From a virus, in IMG/VR virus record IMGVR_UViG_3300021961_000053, positions 19,216 through 83,215 of that record: a stretch of 64,000 bases of DNA, one strand, 5' to 3'. Made by a program: the position numbers and the translations under genes. Each line of letters starts with the position of its first letter. The first letter of the stretch is position 1. The notes under the pieces are model-generated. The model saw only the letters and a program-made list of their open reading frames with translations, did not search any database and had not been told where the DNA came from. Of this stretch, positions 23,808 through 36,300 are shown piece after piece.

Positions 23808-24059
23808 ATGGAAAAACCCGCGTTTGAAAACTTCACAGGTATTCTAGAGAACTTTGATGCATTCTGCGACGAGTTTGAATCACGCGCCGCAGAGGCATTC
23901 ATGAGAGGAGATCAAAATAATGGAAACATCGTCAGAGCAGCCACAGAAAAACTTGGAGGAGAAACTCCTACTGTTGTTACAGAGATTAGAGAGTCTGGAG
24001 CTGAGGGTGTCTCAGTTGGAGAGACCGACGATTGCGTACAGACGCCCACAGGGGAATAA
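23808..24059 (+). CDS. Hypothetical protein (LENFDAFCDEFESRAAEAF)
   Basis: ATG at 23808; 3' half overlaps the next ORF by 140 nt. Confidence 0.55.
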   Translation: MEKPAFENFTGILENFDAFCDEFESRAAEAFMRGDQNNGNIVRAATEKLGGETPTVVTEIRESGAEGVSVGETDDCVQTPTGE

Positions 24060-24150
24060 TTACGAAACATTGTCAGACACTCTGGACTACCTTCACAATA
24101 ATGTAGAAGGTATTAAGAAAGATTTGCTAAAAGTCGCCCAAGCAGTATAA
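23920..24150 (+). CDS. Coiled-coil hypothetical protein
   Basis: GAGGAG RBS; heptads; TAATG coupling to the next gene. Confidence 0.7.
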   Translation: METSSEQPQKNLEEKLLLLLQRLESLELRVSQLERPTIAYRRPQGNNYETLSDTLDYLHNNVEGIKKDLLKVAQAV

Positions 24151-24602
24151 TGCCAAACATCGTAGGACCAGATTGTGTAGATACTTTAAGTACAGATGCA
24201 CTATGTCTGTATCCCGCAAAGGCACTAGGAGGGGACCCTACAAAGAGTCCTAATGTAAAGATCAACGGCGAATCGGTAGAATACTATAAATCTACGAGTA
24301 TTCCAGACCCCACCGATCCAGAACCACTCCCATCAAATGTGATTCCCCTCCCATGCCAACCAGGAGATCGAAGGATTCAACCAACAATTAACACGACAGT
24401 GTATATCAATGGTAATCTTTTCGCAGTACAGGGAGATGAAGCACAGTTGGTGGTGGGAGGCACTCCAAGACCCCTCGTTGGTCCGTTCAAGTATCCCACA
24501 GTCAAAATACAGGAAGGAGGTGCTGGAGGGTCATCTGGAGGCAGCTCAGGGGGTGATGAAGCATTCCCACCAGATGATGGGGGTGAATTCATTCTTTACT
24601 GA
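24150..24602 (+). CDS. PAAR-like spike-tip protein (gp5.4-like) with Gly/Ser-acidic C-terminal extension
   Basis: SPNVKING and TVYING...AVQGD repeats; position just upstream of gp25. Confidence 0.5.
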   Translation: MPNIVGPDCVDTLSTDALCLYPAKALGGDPTKSPNVKINGESVEYYKSTSIPDPTDPEPLPSNVIPLPCQPGDRRIQPTINTTVYINGNLFAVQGDEAQLVVGGTPRPLVGPFKYPTVKIQEGGAGGSSGGSSGGDEAFPPDDGGEFILY

Positions 24603-24640
24603 GTTTTATGGTATAATATACAAGTCAATCGAGTACATCT

Positions 24641-24787
24641 ATGGCAAAATCTAAAGTTGGTATCAGTGGTTTGAAGTTTGAGCCTGGTCCCCCTAAAAAG
24701 TCCCGTCAAGGTCGTTCAAAGAATACCAGTCTTAGTGCTACATCCCGCAATGGGCGTAAGAAGCGTTATCGTGGTCAGGGGAGTTAA
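24641..24787 (+). CDS. Small basic protein ending KKRYRGQG (48 aa, not in ORF track)
   Basis: Hand translation MAKSKVG...RNGRKKRYRGQGS; preceded by TG-extended TATAAT at 24612. Confidence 0.75.
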   Translation: MAKSKVGISGLKFEPGPPKKSRQGRSKNTSLSATSRNGRKKRYRGQGS

Positions 24788-24883
24788 TCTCCGAGAACGT
24801 AAGCGCCGAGCAAACTAAATATTTCTAAGAGATAGCAACCTCTCTAAAAGTTCTGGAAACAGACTCTTAGAGAGGTTATTTTT

Positions 24884-25090
24884 ATGGGACTCTACCCAGT
24901 AGACAAAGGTAATGATTTTCTAAAGGAAGGCAAGACGCTAATCACCGAACATGACAGTGAGAGGTATCTAGAAGCGCACAGAAAGAGCAAGAAACGCGAC
25001 GAACTATACGACATACCAGAAGACAGAATGAGCCGCCCCTGTGGCGGTCCTGGGGGATTCGATGATTTTGTAGAGCGTTGGCATGAGTGA
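24884..25090 (+). CDS. Hypothetical protein (68 aa)
   Basis: GAGG RBS; CTAAATA late-type box at 24815. Confidence 0.7.
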   Translation: MGLYPVDKGNDFLKEGKTLITEHDSERYLEAHRKSKKRDELYDIPEDRMSRPCGGPGGFDDFVERWHE

Positions 25091-25097
25091 ATAAATA
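25091..25097 (+). promoter_or_regulatory. T4-type late promoter (ATAAATA)
   Basis: Intergenic, 24 nt before gp25. Confidence 0.65.
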
Positions 25098-25121
25098 CAA
25101 ATAGCTTCGTATCTTCATGCA

Positions 25122-25514
25122 ATGCAGACCTTTAAGACGTTTAAGGATTTAAGCGTCACATTTAAAAAACATCCTATGACCAATGAGTTACTCACGGTCA
25201 AGGATCAGGCTGCAATTAAACAGTCGATCATGATTTTGCTTCTAACAGAAAAGAATGAGCGACTGTTTAAACCCAAATTCGGAAGTGCTATTTACTCAAT
25301 GTTATGGGAACCACTCGATTTTGCTAGTGCTGCGATCATTCGCAGTGAAATTGGTCAAGTATTAGCACAATATGAACCACGTATTAATGTAACTGAGATA
25401 ATATGCAATCCAGACTTTAACAACAATGGATTTGATGTAGAAGTTCATTATGAAATTATAGGAAGAGACGATACTCCACAAAACGTAGCTTTTACATTAG
25501 AGAGAACTCGATAA
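25122..25514 (+). CDS. gp25: Baseplate wedge subunit gp25
   Basis: AIKQSI..LLLT...ERLF.P.FGS.....L.E and YEPRI motifs. Confidence 0.92.
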   Translation: MQTFKTFKDLSVTFKKHPMTNELLTVKDQAAIKQSIMILLLTEKNERLFKPKFGSAIYSMLWEPLDFASAAIIRSEIGQVLAQYEPRINVTEIICNPDFNNNGFDVEVHYEIIGRDDTPQNVAFTLERTR

Positions 25515-27311
25515 ATGCCATACGCTCAGATTTCAAATCTTGACTTTAATGATATTAAAGTAGTTCTCAAAGAATACATGAGAACACAGTCAGATTTTAC
25601 TGACTATGATTTTGAGGGATCCGTTCTCAGCAATCTATTAGATGTTCTTGCCTATAACACTTATTATACGGCATTTAACACCAACATGGCAATCAATGAG
25701 TTATTCATTGATAGTGCCACAATCAGAGACAACGTTGTTGCTATTGCCAGACAACTTGGATATAGACCAAGATCTATTACCAGTTCAACAGCATATGTCA
25801 ATTTTACAGTTGAGTATGCAAATCCAACAACTGATGTAGAACTAATCCTCAGAAAAGGAACAGGATTTGTTGCATCATTCAATAATAAGGTTTATCAATA
25901 CGTAACACCTGTAGACGTAAAAACACAGGTGGTGAATGATGTCGCAACTTTCACTAACGTTTTAGTAAAAGAAGGCACCCAGATAGAGAATCAGTTTATT
26001 GTCAATACTTCCAATAAATCACAGAGATTTATTCTAGACAACAGAAATATAGATACTGATACGATTCAAGTAGAAGTCTTTGCAGATGGTTCTAGTTTTA
26101 GCGAACCATATCTTCTTGCTGACAACATCCTCGATGTAACTTCAACAACAAAAGCATTTTTCCTCAATGAAATCGAAGACCAACGATATGAGTTGATCTT
26201 TGGTGATGGTATCATTGGAAAGAAACTTGATGATCAATCTTTAGTTGTTGTTCGTTATGTTGTTACTAATGGTCCAGAAGCAAATGGAATCAGAACTTTT
26301 GTATTTTCTGGAATTTTAGAAAACGAGTTTGGCATTTCCCCACTATCATTCGATACAAGTATCAATTCCACAGTTGCAGCAACTGGTGGCGAAGCAATTG
26401 AAAGCATTCAATCGGTAAAATATAGTGCTCCAAAAACATTTGGCACACAGAATAGAGCAGTTACAGCATCTGACTATTCTGCACTAGTGAGAAATGCATA
26501 TCCATCGGTTGGAGACATTATTGTTTTTGGTGGTGAAGATCAAGACCCACCTCAATATGGAAAAGTTTTTATCTCTGTAAAACCCAGAGATTCTGCATAT
26601 CTAACTTCATTTAGTAAGCAAAAAATTCTTGATGAATTGAAAAAGTATTCGGTGGCATCTGTTCAAGCAGAAATAGTAGATCCATCAATACTCTACGTTG
26701 AATTAAACAGTAAGATATTCTTCAATAGTTCAACAACAGATCTAACAGCATCTCAGATAGCAGCACTTGTAACAAGAAATTTCCAATCTTATATTGAAAG
26801 ATCTGATACAGAAAAGTTCAACGGAAAGTTTAGATTTAGTAAAGCAGTTAGCGTTATTGATGATTCTGCTAAAGCAATCAATTCCAATTTAACTACTGTT
26901 AAAATGAGGAAGGATTTTTATCCACAGTTGAACTCTACAACATATTATGAAATATGTTTCCAAAATGCATTTGATAAAGATTGTGATGGTCCAACCCTTT
27001 CTACGACTGGGTTTAGAGTAACCGAGTATCCGAATTTTGATGTCTATTTAGAAGATAGGGATGGCAAAATTGTCCTATATAGACTAGATGCTATAACTGG
27101 TGAAAAAGTTGTTCTAGACAAGGAAGTTGGCGATATTAATTATGAAAAAGGTGAATTGATGATGTATGATCTAACAATAATTAAAGGATCATTCTTTGAT
27201 AATCGTATCTCAGTTAGAGTAAATCCACTATCTAATGATATCAAGGCAGCTCGTGAAGTTTATCTTGATGTTGATGTAGCAAATTCGACCTTCATTGCGT
27301 ACAAAGAGTAA
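25515..27311 (+). CDS. gp6: Baseplate wedge subunit gp6
   Basis: LDF..IK...FTDYDFEGS..S.LLDVLAYNTYY; FGDG..GK; QNRAVTA.DY; YGKVFISVKP. Confidence 0.95.
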   Translation: MPYAQISNLDFNDIKVVLKEYMRTQSDFTDYDFEGSVLSNLLDVLAYNTYYTAFNTNMAINELFIDSATIRDNVVAIARQLGYRPRSITSSTAYVNFTVEYANPTTDVELILRKGTGFVASFNNKVYQYVTPVDVKTQVVNDVATFTNVLVKEGTQIENQFIVNTSNKSQRFILDNRNIDTDTIQVEVFADGSSFSEPYLLADNILDVTSTTKAFFLNEIEDQRYELIFGDGIIGKKLDDQSLVVVRYVVTNGPEANGIRTFVFSGILENEFGISPLSFDTSINSTVAATGGEAIESIQSVKYSAPKTFGTQNRAVTASDYSALVRNAYPSVGDIIVFGGEDQDPPQYGKVFISVKPRDSAYLTSFSKQKILDELKKYSVASVQAEIVDPSILYVELNSKIFFNSSTTDLTASQIAALVTRNFQSYIERSDTEKFNGKFRFSKAVSVIDDSAKAINSNLTTVKMRKDFYPQLNSTTYYEICFQNAFDKDCDGPTLSTTGFRVTEYPNFDVYLEDRDGKIVLYRLDAITGEKVVLDKEVGDINYEKGELMMYDLTIIKGSFFDNRISVRVNPLSNDIKAAREVYLDVDVANSTFIAYKE

Positions 27312-27315
27312 ATAA

Positions 27316-30300
27316 ATGGCAATTAAGACCAAAAAAATCTCTGCTCTTATTGAGTCTCAACTTCCTAATTTTATAGTTGATGAGTACCCATTGTTCTCCA
27401 AGTTTTTGGAGAAGTATTATGAGGCACAGGAAAATAGTGGGCAACCTCTAGATCTTGCTAATAATATCTTAGAGTACGCAGATATTAATTATTATGAGTC
27501 TAATTTGCTCAAGGAAAATACTCTATTGAGTAGCACTATCTCAGCATCAGATTCAACTATTGTGTTGGATGCTGGAGATTCATTCCCAGATAAAAATGGA
27601 TACGTCAGAATTAATGACGAGATTATTTTTTATGGCAGGAGAAATGGAAACATTCTCACAAACTGCTCCAGAGGCGTCAGTGGCAACACCACCCTAGGAG
27701 ATTTATACGAACAGTCTTCATTCGTTACTACAGAGGCAGCAGGACACGTCTCAGGGTCTGTTGTATATAACGTAAGTAATCTTTTCCTGTATGCTCTTAT
27801 CAAGAGCTTTGAATCTCAATACCTGGCATCATTTCCAGAGAAATATCTCAAGGGTGCGGTAGACAAAAGAACCCTTATCAAGAATATAAAGCAGTTTTAC
27901 AAAACAAAAGGAACCACTGCTTCTATTAGATTCATTTTCAACTCTATTGTCGCAAAAGACACTAGAGATGTCCCAGAAACATATAACCCAACAGATTACA
28001 CATACAAGGCATCTAATGCCGATTGGATTAATGTATTTGCTATAAAAGCAAAGGTTGTATCTGGAGATCCAAATGATCTAATTGGAAAGGTCATTGTTCA
28101 AGAAGAAACCGATGAATATGGATATGCATCAGCAACTGTTGATAATGTTTATCCAGATGGTACTTCCGATGGAGAACAAATTTGGAACATTGTTTTAGCA
28201 CCAGAAACAGTAAATGGAACTTTTGCAATTTCCACTAAGACTCGCTTAGAAAAAGAACTACAAACAACCGATGGTGTTGGAAAGAGAGTTAATGTTTTCT
28301 CTACAGTAGGATGGGGAAAGACTGGGGAAATTCTAATCGGTGATGAAATAATTAAATTTGAAGAAAAAAATGTAACTCAGTTTGTAATCAAGAAAAGAGG
28401 AAATATAACCTACACTCATAGTGTTGGTGCTTCTGTATATAAACCAGTTACTATTTCTGGATCCAATGTCACTATGCTGACATTTGGTGTTGTCTATAAT
28501 TTGAAGCCAAATAATTTACAACCATATTCCTTTACTGGAGATAAAGTTCAGATTTCAAATCCTGGATTTGAAACCTCAGATCCAAAGATTGTATTAAGTG
28601 GAACAAATCAAGTACGCTGGTTGTTAAATCGCAACCTTCCTGTAAGCATTACATCAATTCCATTATTACAAACTTCTCTTGATGATGTCTCTACTGATGT
28701 ATCTGCTATTTTTAGCGATGATCAATACTATTACATCACAACCTCTGGTTTTCCATCTTATAACATTCTCAATGGTTCTACAGTAACTCAGACTGTTCAA
28801 GATCAGAAGATCTTACGTATTATAAGAAAGCGAGCAACTAGAACTACAGAAAAATATAATACTCCAAAATCTGAAGTTGGAATTCTACTGAACGGAGCTA
28901 GAGTTTATTGTCATAAAGATTCTGAAAGCATTCGATATGGAAAACTAGAGAGTATTGCAGTTAATACTCAAGGAAGTGGTTATGCTAAACCACCTTTTGT
29001 ATTACTCGACGGTGTTCCAAATAAAGCAAGAGCAATTCTTTCTGGATCTGTTGTTGAAAGATATGTTGTTGATACAAAAGATACGTTTAGAAGAACACCA
29101 GTTGTAGAAGTAACATCTGGCAGAGGAGCAGTTGTTCGTGCAATTGTTACTGGAGATAAGATTACATCTTTGGTTATTGATAACCCTGGCGAATACTATT
29201 CGTCCCCACCACTTATTAGAATTACAGACAAGAATGGAAAGGGAAGATTCGCGGATTATACATCTGTTGTAAACACAGATGGAAAAATTACTGGGTTTAT
29301 CAAAAATGATGAAGGAACTTTCTACAATCAGAATACTGTAGTAGTTGATGTTATTCCTGTCGGTAAAGGTGCAACAGCAACTCCATTTTTGAAAGAATGG
29401 AATTTCAATAGATTTGAAAAGTTAAAAACCAATCTTGATTCCGAGTATGGATATGTTTTCAAGAATTATAATAACGTTTTAGAATATGGTTATGGACACG
29501 TAGCAAATCCAAAAGCACTCAGAGTTGCACTCAATGATAACTTGGGTCCTTCTGGGATCGAGCCATCCACAAAAGTGCATTCCCCAATTATCGGATTTGC
29601 TTATGATGGAAATCCAATTTATGGTCCTTTTGGTCATCAGAATCCTTTAGATCCACAGTCACCTATTGCTAGAATGACTTCTAGTTATTCTAGAAAAGGA
29701 ACTAGGGCAGATGGTCCTTCTATGACGACATATCCATTGGGATCATTCACAAATGATTATGTTTATACTCATAAATCTGGGTCTCTAGATGAAAATAATG
29801 GAAGATTCTGTATTACTCCAGATTATCCAGAAGGGGTTTATGCTTATTTTATTACAATCGATAGTAATCAAGTACCACAATATCCATATATTTTAGGGGA
29901 AAATTTCTATTCACTTCCAGTTGAAAGTAATTATGCTTCTGACATCAATCAAAACGATATTCCAAAAAATTCAAAAAGGTTATTCGTTCCTGGTATGCCA
30001 CAGAATGGAAGTGGTGTTGTTGCAGAAATTGCAGAAGTAAAATCTGGAACTGTCGATGCAATCAGTATTGATAGATCATCCGATAACTTTTCTGTTAATT
30101 CTAAACTGTATTTTGACAATAGAGGGACGGATGGATCTGATGCCGAAGCACTGGTAGAATCGGTAAAAGGAAAAGTAGTATCTTACCTCGATAGTTATGA
30201 AAACAAAGTAGTAAAACTAACTACGATTCAAAATGCATATCTCTTTACAGATGATACATTAAGACAACCATCGTCTGGAGCATCTGGAGTTATTGTTGGT

Positions 30301-33300
30301 GAAGTTAAAAACGACAATGTTGTTGTGTTAAAAAATGTTGTTGGCACTTTTGATAATACAGGAACATTTTCAGCAGACATCAAAACTTTCTTCATTCTTT
30401 TAGATCAAAAGAGTTCTTTTACAAAAGGTGCTACAATAAGCCTTACCGATGGTATAAATCCACCTATTGCCACTGCAGAAATCTTAAATGGAACTGCTGC
30501 TCAGAATGTAGTTGAAATTAAGGTTGAAACTGGAGATTGGTTACAATTTAACCAAGCGGATTACTTCTTACAATCAGATAATCTATTTGACACATCTGGA
30601 ACCAGACCAGTTATCCTCACTTCTTTAAGCGATAATTTGGAACCATTTGAAGTAAATCAAAGTGTTGCTCTTATTGAAACAGCATCAAATCATGGTCTTG
30701 GAGTTGGTGATAAAGTCAATGTTGATATCTTCCCAGATGATGCATCTAAAACCAAGACGTACTATTTGAGAAAAAGATTATACCAGGATGTTGTATTAAA
30801 AGCACCTCAATTTAAGACTTCTATAAATGACACTGGAGTTGGAAGATTTCAAATTTTAAATGGTGGAGCTGGTTATACTCCAGGAACATATACTAATGTA
30901 CCACTGACTGGTGGATCTGGAAGTGGTCTGACAGCTACTATTACAGTTTCCAATGCTGGTATTGTATCTTCAATACAACTTCAAAATGGTGGTAATGGAT
31001 ATAAAAAAGCAGATTACCTTGGAGTTGACGATGAATCTTTACAAAGATCTGTTAATTTTGGCAGCACTCAGAGGTTAGCATTATATGTTGATCATGTAGG
31101 ATTTGCTTCTGGATCTACAAATCTCACTCTTGATAGTGTAACTGGTATCTCTGAAAATGATTTGATTTTTATTGGAGAAGAAATTATTAAAGTTTCTTCA
31201 ATTGCAGGTAAAACTCTTACTGTTTTGAGAGCAAGAGAGAACACAATCGATGCAGATCACTATAATGGTCAAGAAGTATCTTTGTATAAACCAAGATACA
31301 ATTTTGATGCGAATTTCCAAGTAGGATCTGGAATTGGTAGTGGATACATTGCTTCTTATGATTTAGAAACTCAAAAAGCAACTATTGTTTATGACTATTC
31401 CACATTAAAGGAAACGGCAAAAAATGTAAAGATAAGTACCACTTTCTTTGATAATAGTGTTCCTTCTAGATTGGTTTCTATTAGAACTGTAGATCCAATA
31501 GAATATAAATTTGAATTTTCAGAAGATAACGTTAATTATATTCCAAACCCAACTATAGAGATACAGGAATATTACAAATACAAATTTGACACATCACATT
31601 CATCACTAACTGGAACATATTTTGATTTGAGTCCTAGTAAAAATTATAATGTAATTACAACCGAGAAATTAGCATCCAACATTCTTCCTGGAAACCCTGG
31701 AGCATTTACAGATGTTAAATTTGGATTTGGACCAAGAATTGCTGGAAATAATTATCAGACAAAAACAGGAACGGATTTTACGAATTTCTACTATTTTGAC
31801 AAAAAGGGAATCGTAGATTCGGATGGAAAATATCTAAAGATCATCACAGATCCACTTCAAGGTGAAAAGGTATTAAATTATGTTACTCCAAACAGATTTG
31901 TATATAATATTGTAGATCCGCCCCTTTGGGACGGATCTGGTTCAATCACATATACTACTACTGGACAATTTGCAGTTGGTGAATTAAATTCCATCAAGAT
32001 TACAAATCTTGGATTAAATTATAAAAAAGTTCCAGTTATTGCTGGCATTGATCCAAACCAAAACTTTAAAGCAAAAGCTACAGTTTTATTTGATGCTGCA
32101 ACTAGCACTATAACTGGAGTTTCATTGGATGATAAAGGATCAAACTACACAAATCCAAAAGCAGTTATTATAGATGGTGATGGAATTGATGCAACATTTA
32201 ATTTGGTTGTTAGAGATGGAAGTATTTTCTCAATTACTATAGGTAACCCAGGAAGAGGATATACATATGCTCCTACTATTGAAATTGTTGAGGGTGATGT
32301 AGAGGCATATGTTGATAGCTCAACTATAGGTATTCCACAAAGTATTAATATCATAAGAAATGGTGGGGCATTTCATTTAGATAAGACAATATCTTCCAAA
32401 TTTGAATCGAAATACACAGTTTCTCTCAAGAACTTTAGTGGAAATTTCCAAAGAGGGGAAACTGTTATCCAGAAAATTGGTCAAACAGAAATTTCTAGAT
32501 CAACAGTATCTGAATGGAGACTTGGATCTAATCTTCTCAAACTAGAGAATATTAGAGGTATCCTTAGAGAAGACATTGCAATTGAAGGATTGGTGTCTCG
32601 TGCAAATGGAAATGTGAAGGCAGTATATGCTACCACCTTTGCAGAGAGCATAACTGCTTTCTTTGACAATGTTGGATATTACAAATCTGATAAAGGAAAA
32701 CTTGGTGTATCAAATCAAAAAATTACCGATAGCTTTTTCTATCAGGACTATTCATATGTAATTAAGTCTAAGACTCCTATCGAACAATGGAGAGACTTAA
32801 TCAAGTCAACAACTCATCCAGCTGGATTTAGACTATTTGGGCAAGTTGATATTGAAGCTTCTGCACAAGTTGAAATGCCAGTAGAGATGCCAAAAGCATC
32901 GCACTATAGTGTAATTCAACTTTGGGATCCAAACAAAAATAAAATAACGGTAGAAAATACCAGAAGGACAATAACTCAAACTATCCAGAAGATAGAGAAC
33001 CAAAGAATCCGAAAAGGAGTTGGATCCGCTGCTACATCAGAGTTTAATTTCAATGAATCTCGTGCATTCACATTTACACTCAATGGATCTTTTGATGGAT
33101 ATTATGATTCAAATGGCAGATTGCAAGGAACAACGACTTTCCAGATACTAGACGATCAAGGATTCCCATTCTTCCCAGCAAGTTCTAAGAATTTGATTGT
33201 AACTCTGGATGGAATTCTTCAAGAACCAGAAGTAGCATACACTATTTCTGCAGATAATATCATTTTCTCCCAACCACCACTTGGACCATATCAGAAACTG

Positions 33301-36300
33301 ACTGGCAGTACATTAACAGCTCTTACTCCATATGCTGGCGTTACTTTCTACGGTAGATATTTTAGTTTCAAAGATAGTCAATATAATACAAGGTACTTTA
33401 AAAAGATTAGAAACATCTTCCAGAGAAATGGAAGATGGTTGGATGCTGCTAATCAAATTGAAAGAAACAGAAGTTTCATCGTAGAGGAATCTATTGGTTA
33501 TGGAAGATCAAAGTATCCATCACTAGATTGGAGCACCAAGCAAGATGATTATGAGAGAGATCTGGGATATATTCTTGATGCGTATCAACATGATATTAGA
33601 TTTGGTGGTAATGTAAAGACTGTTGATTATGTTTCTTTCTTTAATCAAGATACTGATTATGATTATATCACAGACAACAAAGTTCAATCACTGAGCATAT
33701 TTAAGTATGCCACCAACTTGGCAAAACTTTCCGTTAGAAATTGGGATGTTGTAGAAACTGGAGTATCTTATATTCAAGGATCTAAAGTAGTTATAGTACA
33801 AGATACTAATAATCTTGCTGTTGGTATGCATATTAGTTCTGGGAGATCATACGCTCCAGGAACAAAGATTGTTTCTATTGATAGTGCTACTCAAGTTACA
33901 TTGTCACATGCTGCTCTTGCTAACTCTGGTGGTGGTGGTGGAGCTCCTGATGGAACTACCACATATAGTGGAACAAGCGGTGGTAATGTTACTGCTCCTA
34001 CAAATACTGTTGCTATTGAGCCAGGTGATACTTTTGCGGTTGAACCAGGAGATACTTTTATAGCTCCAGTATCATTCTCTGGATCAGATACGGCAACATT
34101 CTTCTTCAGCGGAATCAACAGTGGAACGTTCTATGATGCTGCCAATTTAATCTCATACAATAAAGAGTATCTACAAGAAGAAATCAGTGGATATATCTAT
34201 GACAACTATACCCTATCCACAGATGTAAGCAAGTGCTATAGAGATCTTGGTTACCTAGTTGATGCTATCACATACCATTTAAAATTTGGTGGAAATGAGA
34301 AGGTTGTAGAGTTTGCAAGACTTTACTATACAAATGCTGGATATCCATATGGAGAGGAACTAACCTATATTAATAGAACTGCAGAAGAAACTGCTGCTGC
34401 TATTGATGCATGGGAAAAACTTGGAGAGAAGATGATTCTTGCCATGAGGAATTCTCTTGGCGCTGGAGCATATACAGCAATTCTTCCAGTTACAGATACT
34501 TCAATTGCTGTTGATCCAGTTTCACCATATTGTTCCGAAGTGGCATCTGCTATCAACTCTTATGTTGATATAGTCAAGGATATTCTTGCAAACGGAACTG
34601 GTGCTGTAGATTCAGTTGGAATCAACGCTACCAAACCTGGATATTGGACTGATACAAAACCATCTATTGATTATAATCTAATCCCAGATCCTTCAAAACC
34701 AGGAACAGGTGAGTGTGATGATGTTGTCTCTGCAATTGATTCTCTTTATGATAATGTTGATGATGTCCTTGCAGAACTATTGGTTGCAAAAAATCTCCCA
34801 GATTATGTCGACGGAGAAAATAAAGTATTTGAGTTGTATTGGGATGATGATACAGAGGTTTCTACAGAAGAAGATGAAGATCTATTCTTAATGATCAATG
34901 CTGTTCTTCAAAGACCTAAGTACAATGCAGAATACCCAGGTGGTGATGCATACTATATTGATAGAAACACGATTCCAAATAAACTAGTCTTTGATGTTGC
35001 TCCAATTTGGGACCAAGATTTTGGTGCTAAGAGCATTGGAGAACCAACTGCTGTGGAGAAAGTGGTCGGTATTGGTGTTGGTAACTATAAGAGACTAACA
35101 ATTGACTATAATCTTGTCAATGGAGTTAAGACTGGACCATTCCTAATCCTTGATGTTGAGGACAAAACAGTTCAGAGTGTTGAAGAGAAGGAATATCTGT
35201 ATGTCTTCTTAGATGGTGTTTTACAAAGAGAAGGATATAGCTACATTGTTTCTGGTCCAAATATCTATTTCAATGTTCCTATTAAGAAGGAAATGAAGAT
35301 TGATATGAGATATCTCTATGGTAGAGATGTCGGACAGATCCTAAACATTTATGATTTTGCTCCAGATACCTATTTTGCTACTGGTACTTTTATTATAGAG
35401 TCTAGTTCATCATTGATTAATGATTATTTGAGCTATAGATGGATGGGAAATCTTTCTGGATTTGGAGTTCATTGTTGGCAACAAAGACCAGATGGAACTT
35501 ACAACGTAATTGGAAAACTTACCAATCCATATAGAACTTCGTCTGAAATCAAGTTTGATGTTGTAAGATCTCAGAACGCAACTATTATTCCTGGATTAGA
35601 TATTGTATTTGCTGTTGAGGGCAGATATTCAAGAACATTCACTCTCCCAACATCAGAATTTACAAATGCAACTTTAACATTAGAAGTTGATGAATTTGGA
35701 AGAAAGATACTTTCAAGTGAAGATGCTTATTGGTATGGAACTTTCTTCAGAAGATTCCACAAAAATCCTTTCGTAAGCCTATCTAATGGCGACAAGATCC
35801 GCGTAGAAGGAGAAGATAAATTCAGAAGTATTAAAGTTCTCCCGCAAAAAACCACATCAAAAGATGGCAGAGATGGAGAGCAACTATCAGATGACATATA
35901 TGGATCTGTTGAGGTAGAGACTTATAATGGTATTACTCGCGGAGAAGGTCTCAGTGTTGTTGCAACTATTGAAAATGGAAGTGTTGTTTCTCTATCTTGG
36001 AACCAACGCAGCTGGGATCCACTGACTCAACCAACAGCATATCAGTATTTTACACCACCTGTTCTTGAATTTGTTCCAGAAAATGGAGATGGCGGCGGCG
36101 CAAGAGCCGAAGTAATAGTAAGCAAAGGTCAGGTTATCAGTGTTGATCTTCTTGATGGTGGTTCTGGATACACCAAGGCACCGAAGGTTGTTGTTGCCAG
36201 AAGATATGAAATTCTTAATGAGAGAGACATTGGTGTATCACTAATTCGCGTGGGAATCAATCCATACGTTGAACATGCTGGAATGATTGTTACATCAACT

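Noticed and set aside
34012-34058. Tandem AIEPGDTF/AVEPGDTF duplication in gp7
   Set aside because: A real but short two-copy peptide repeat with no evidence of wider significance.
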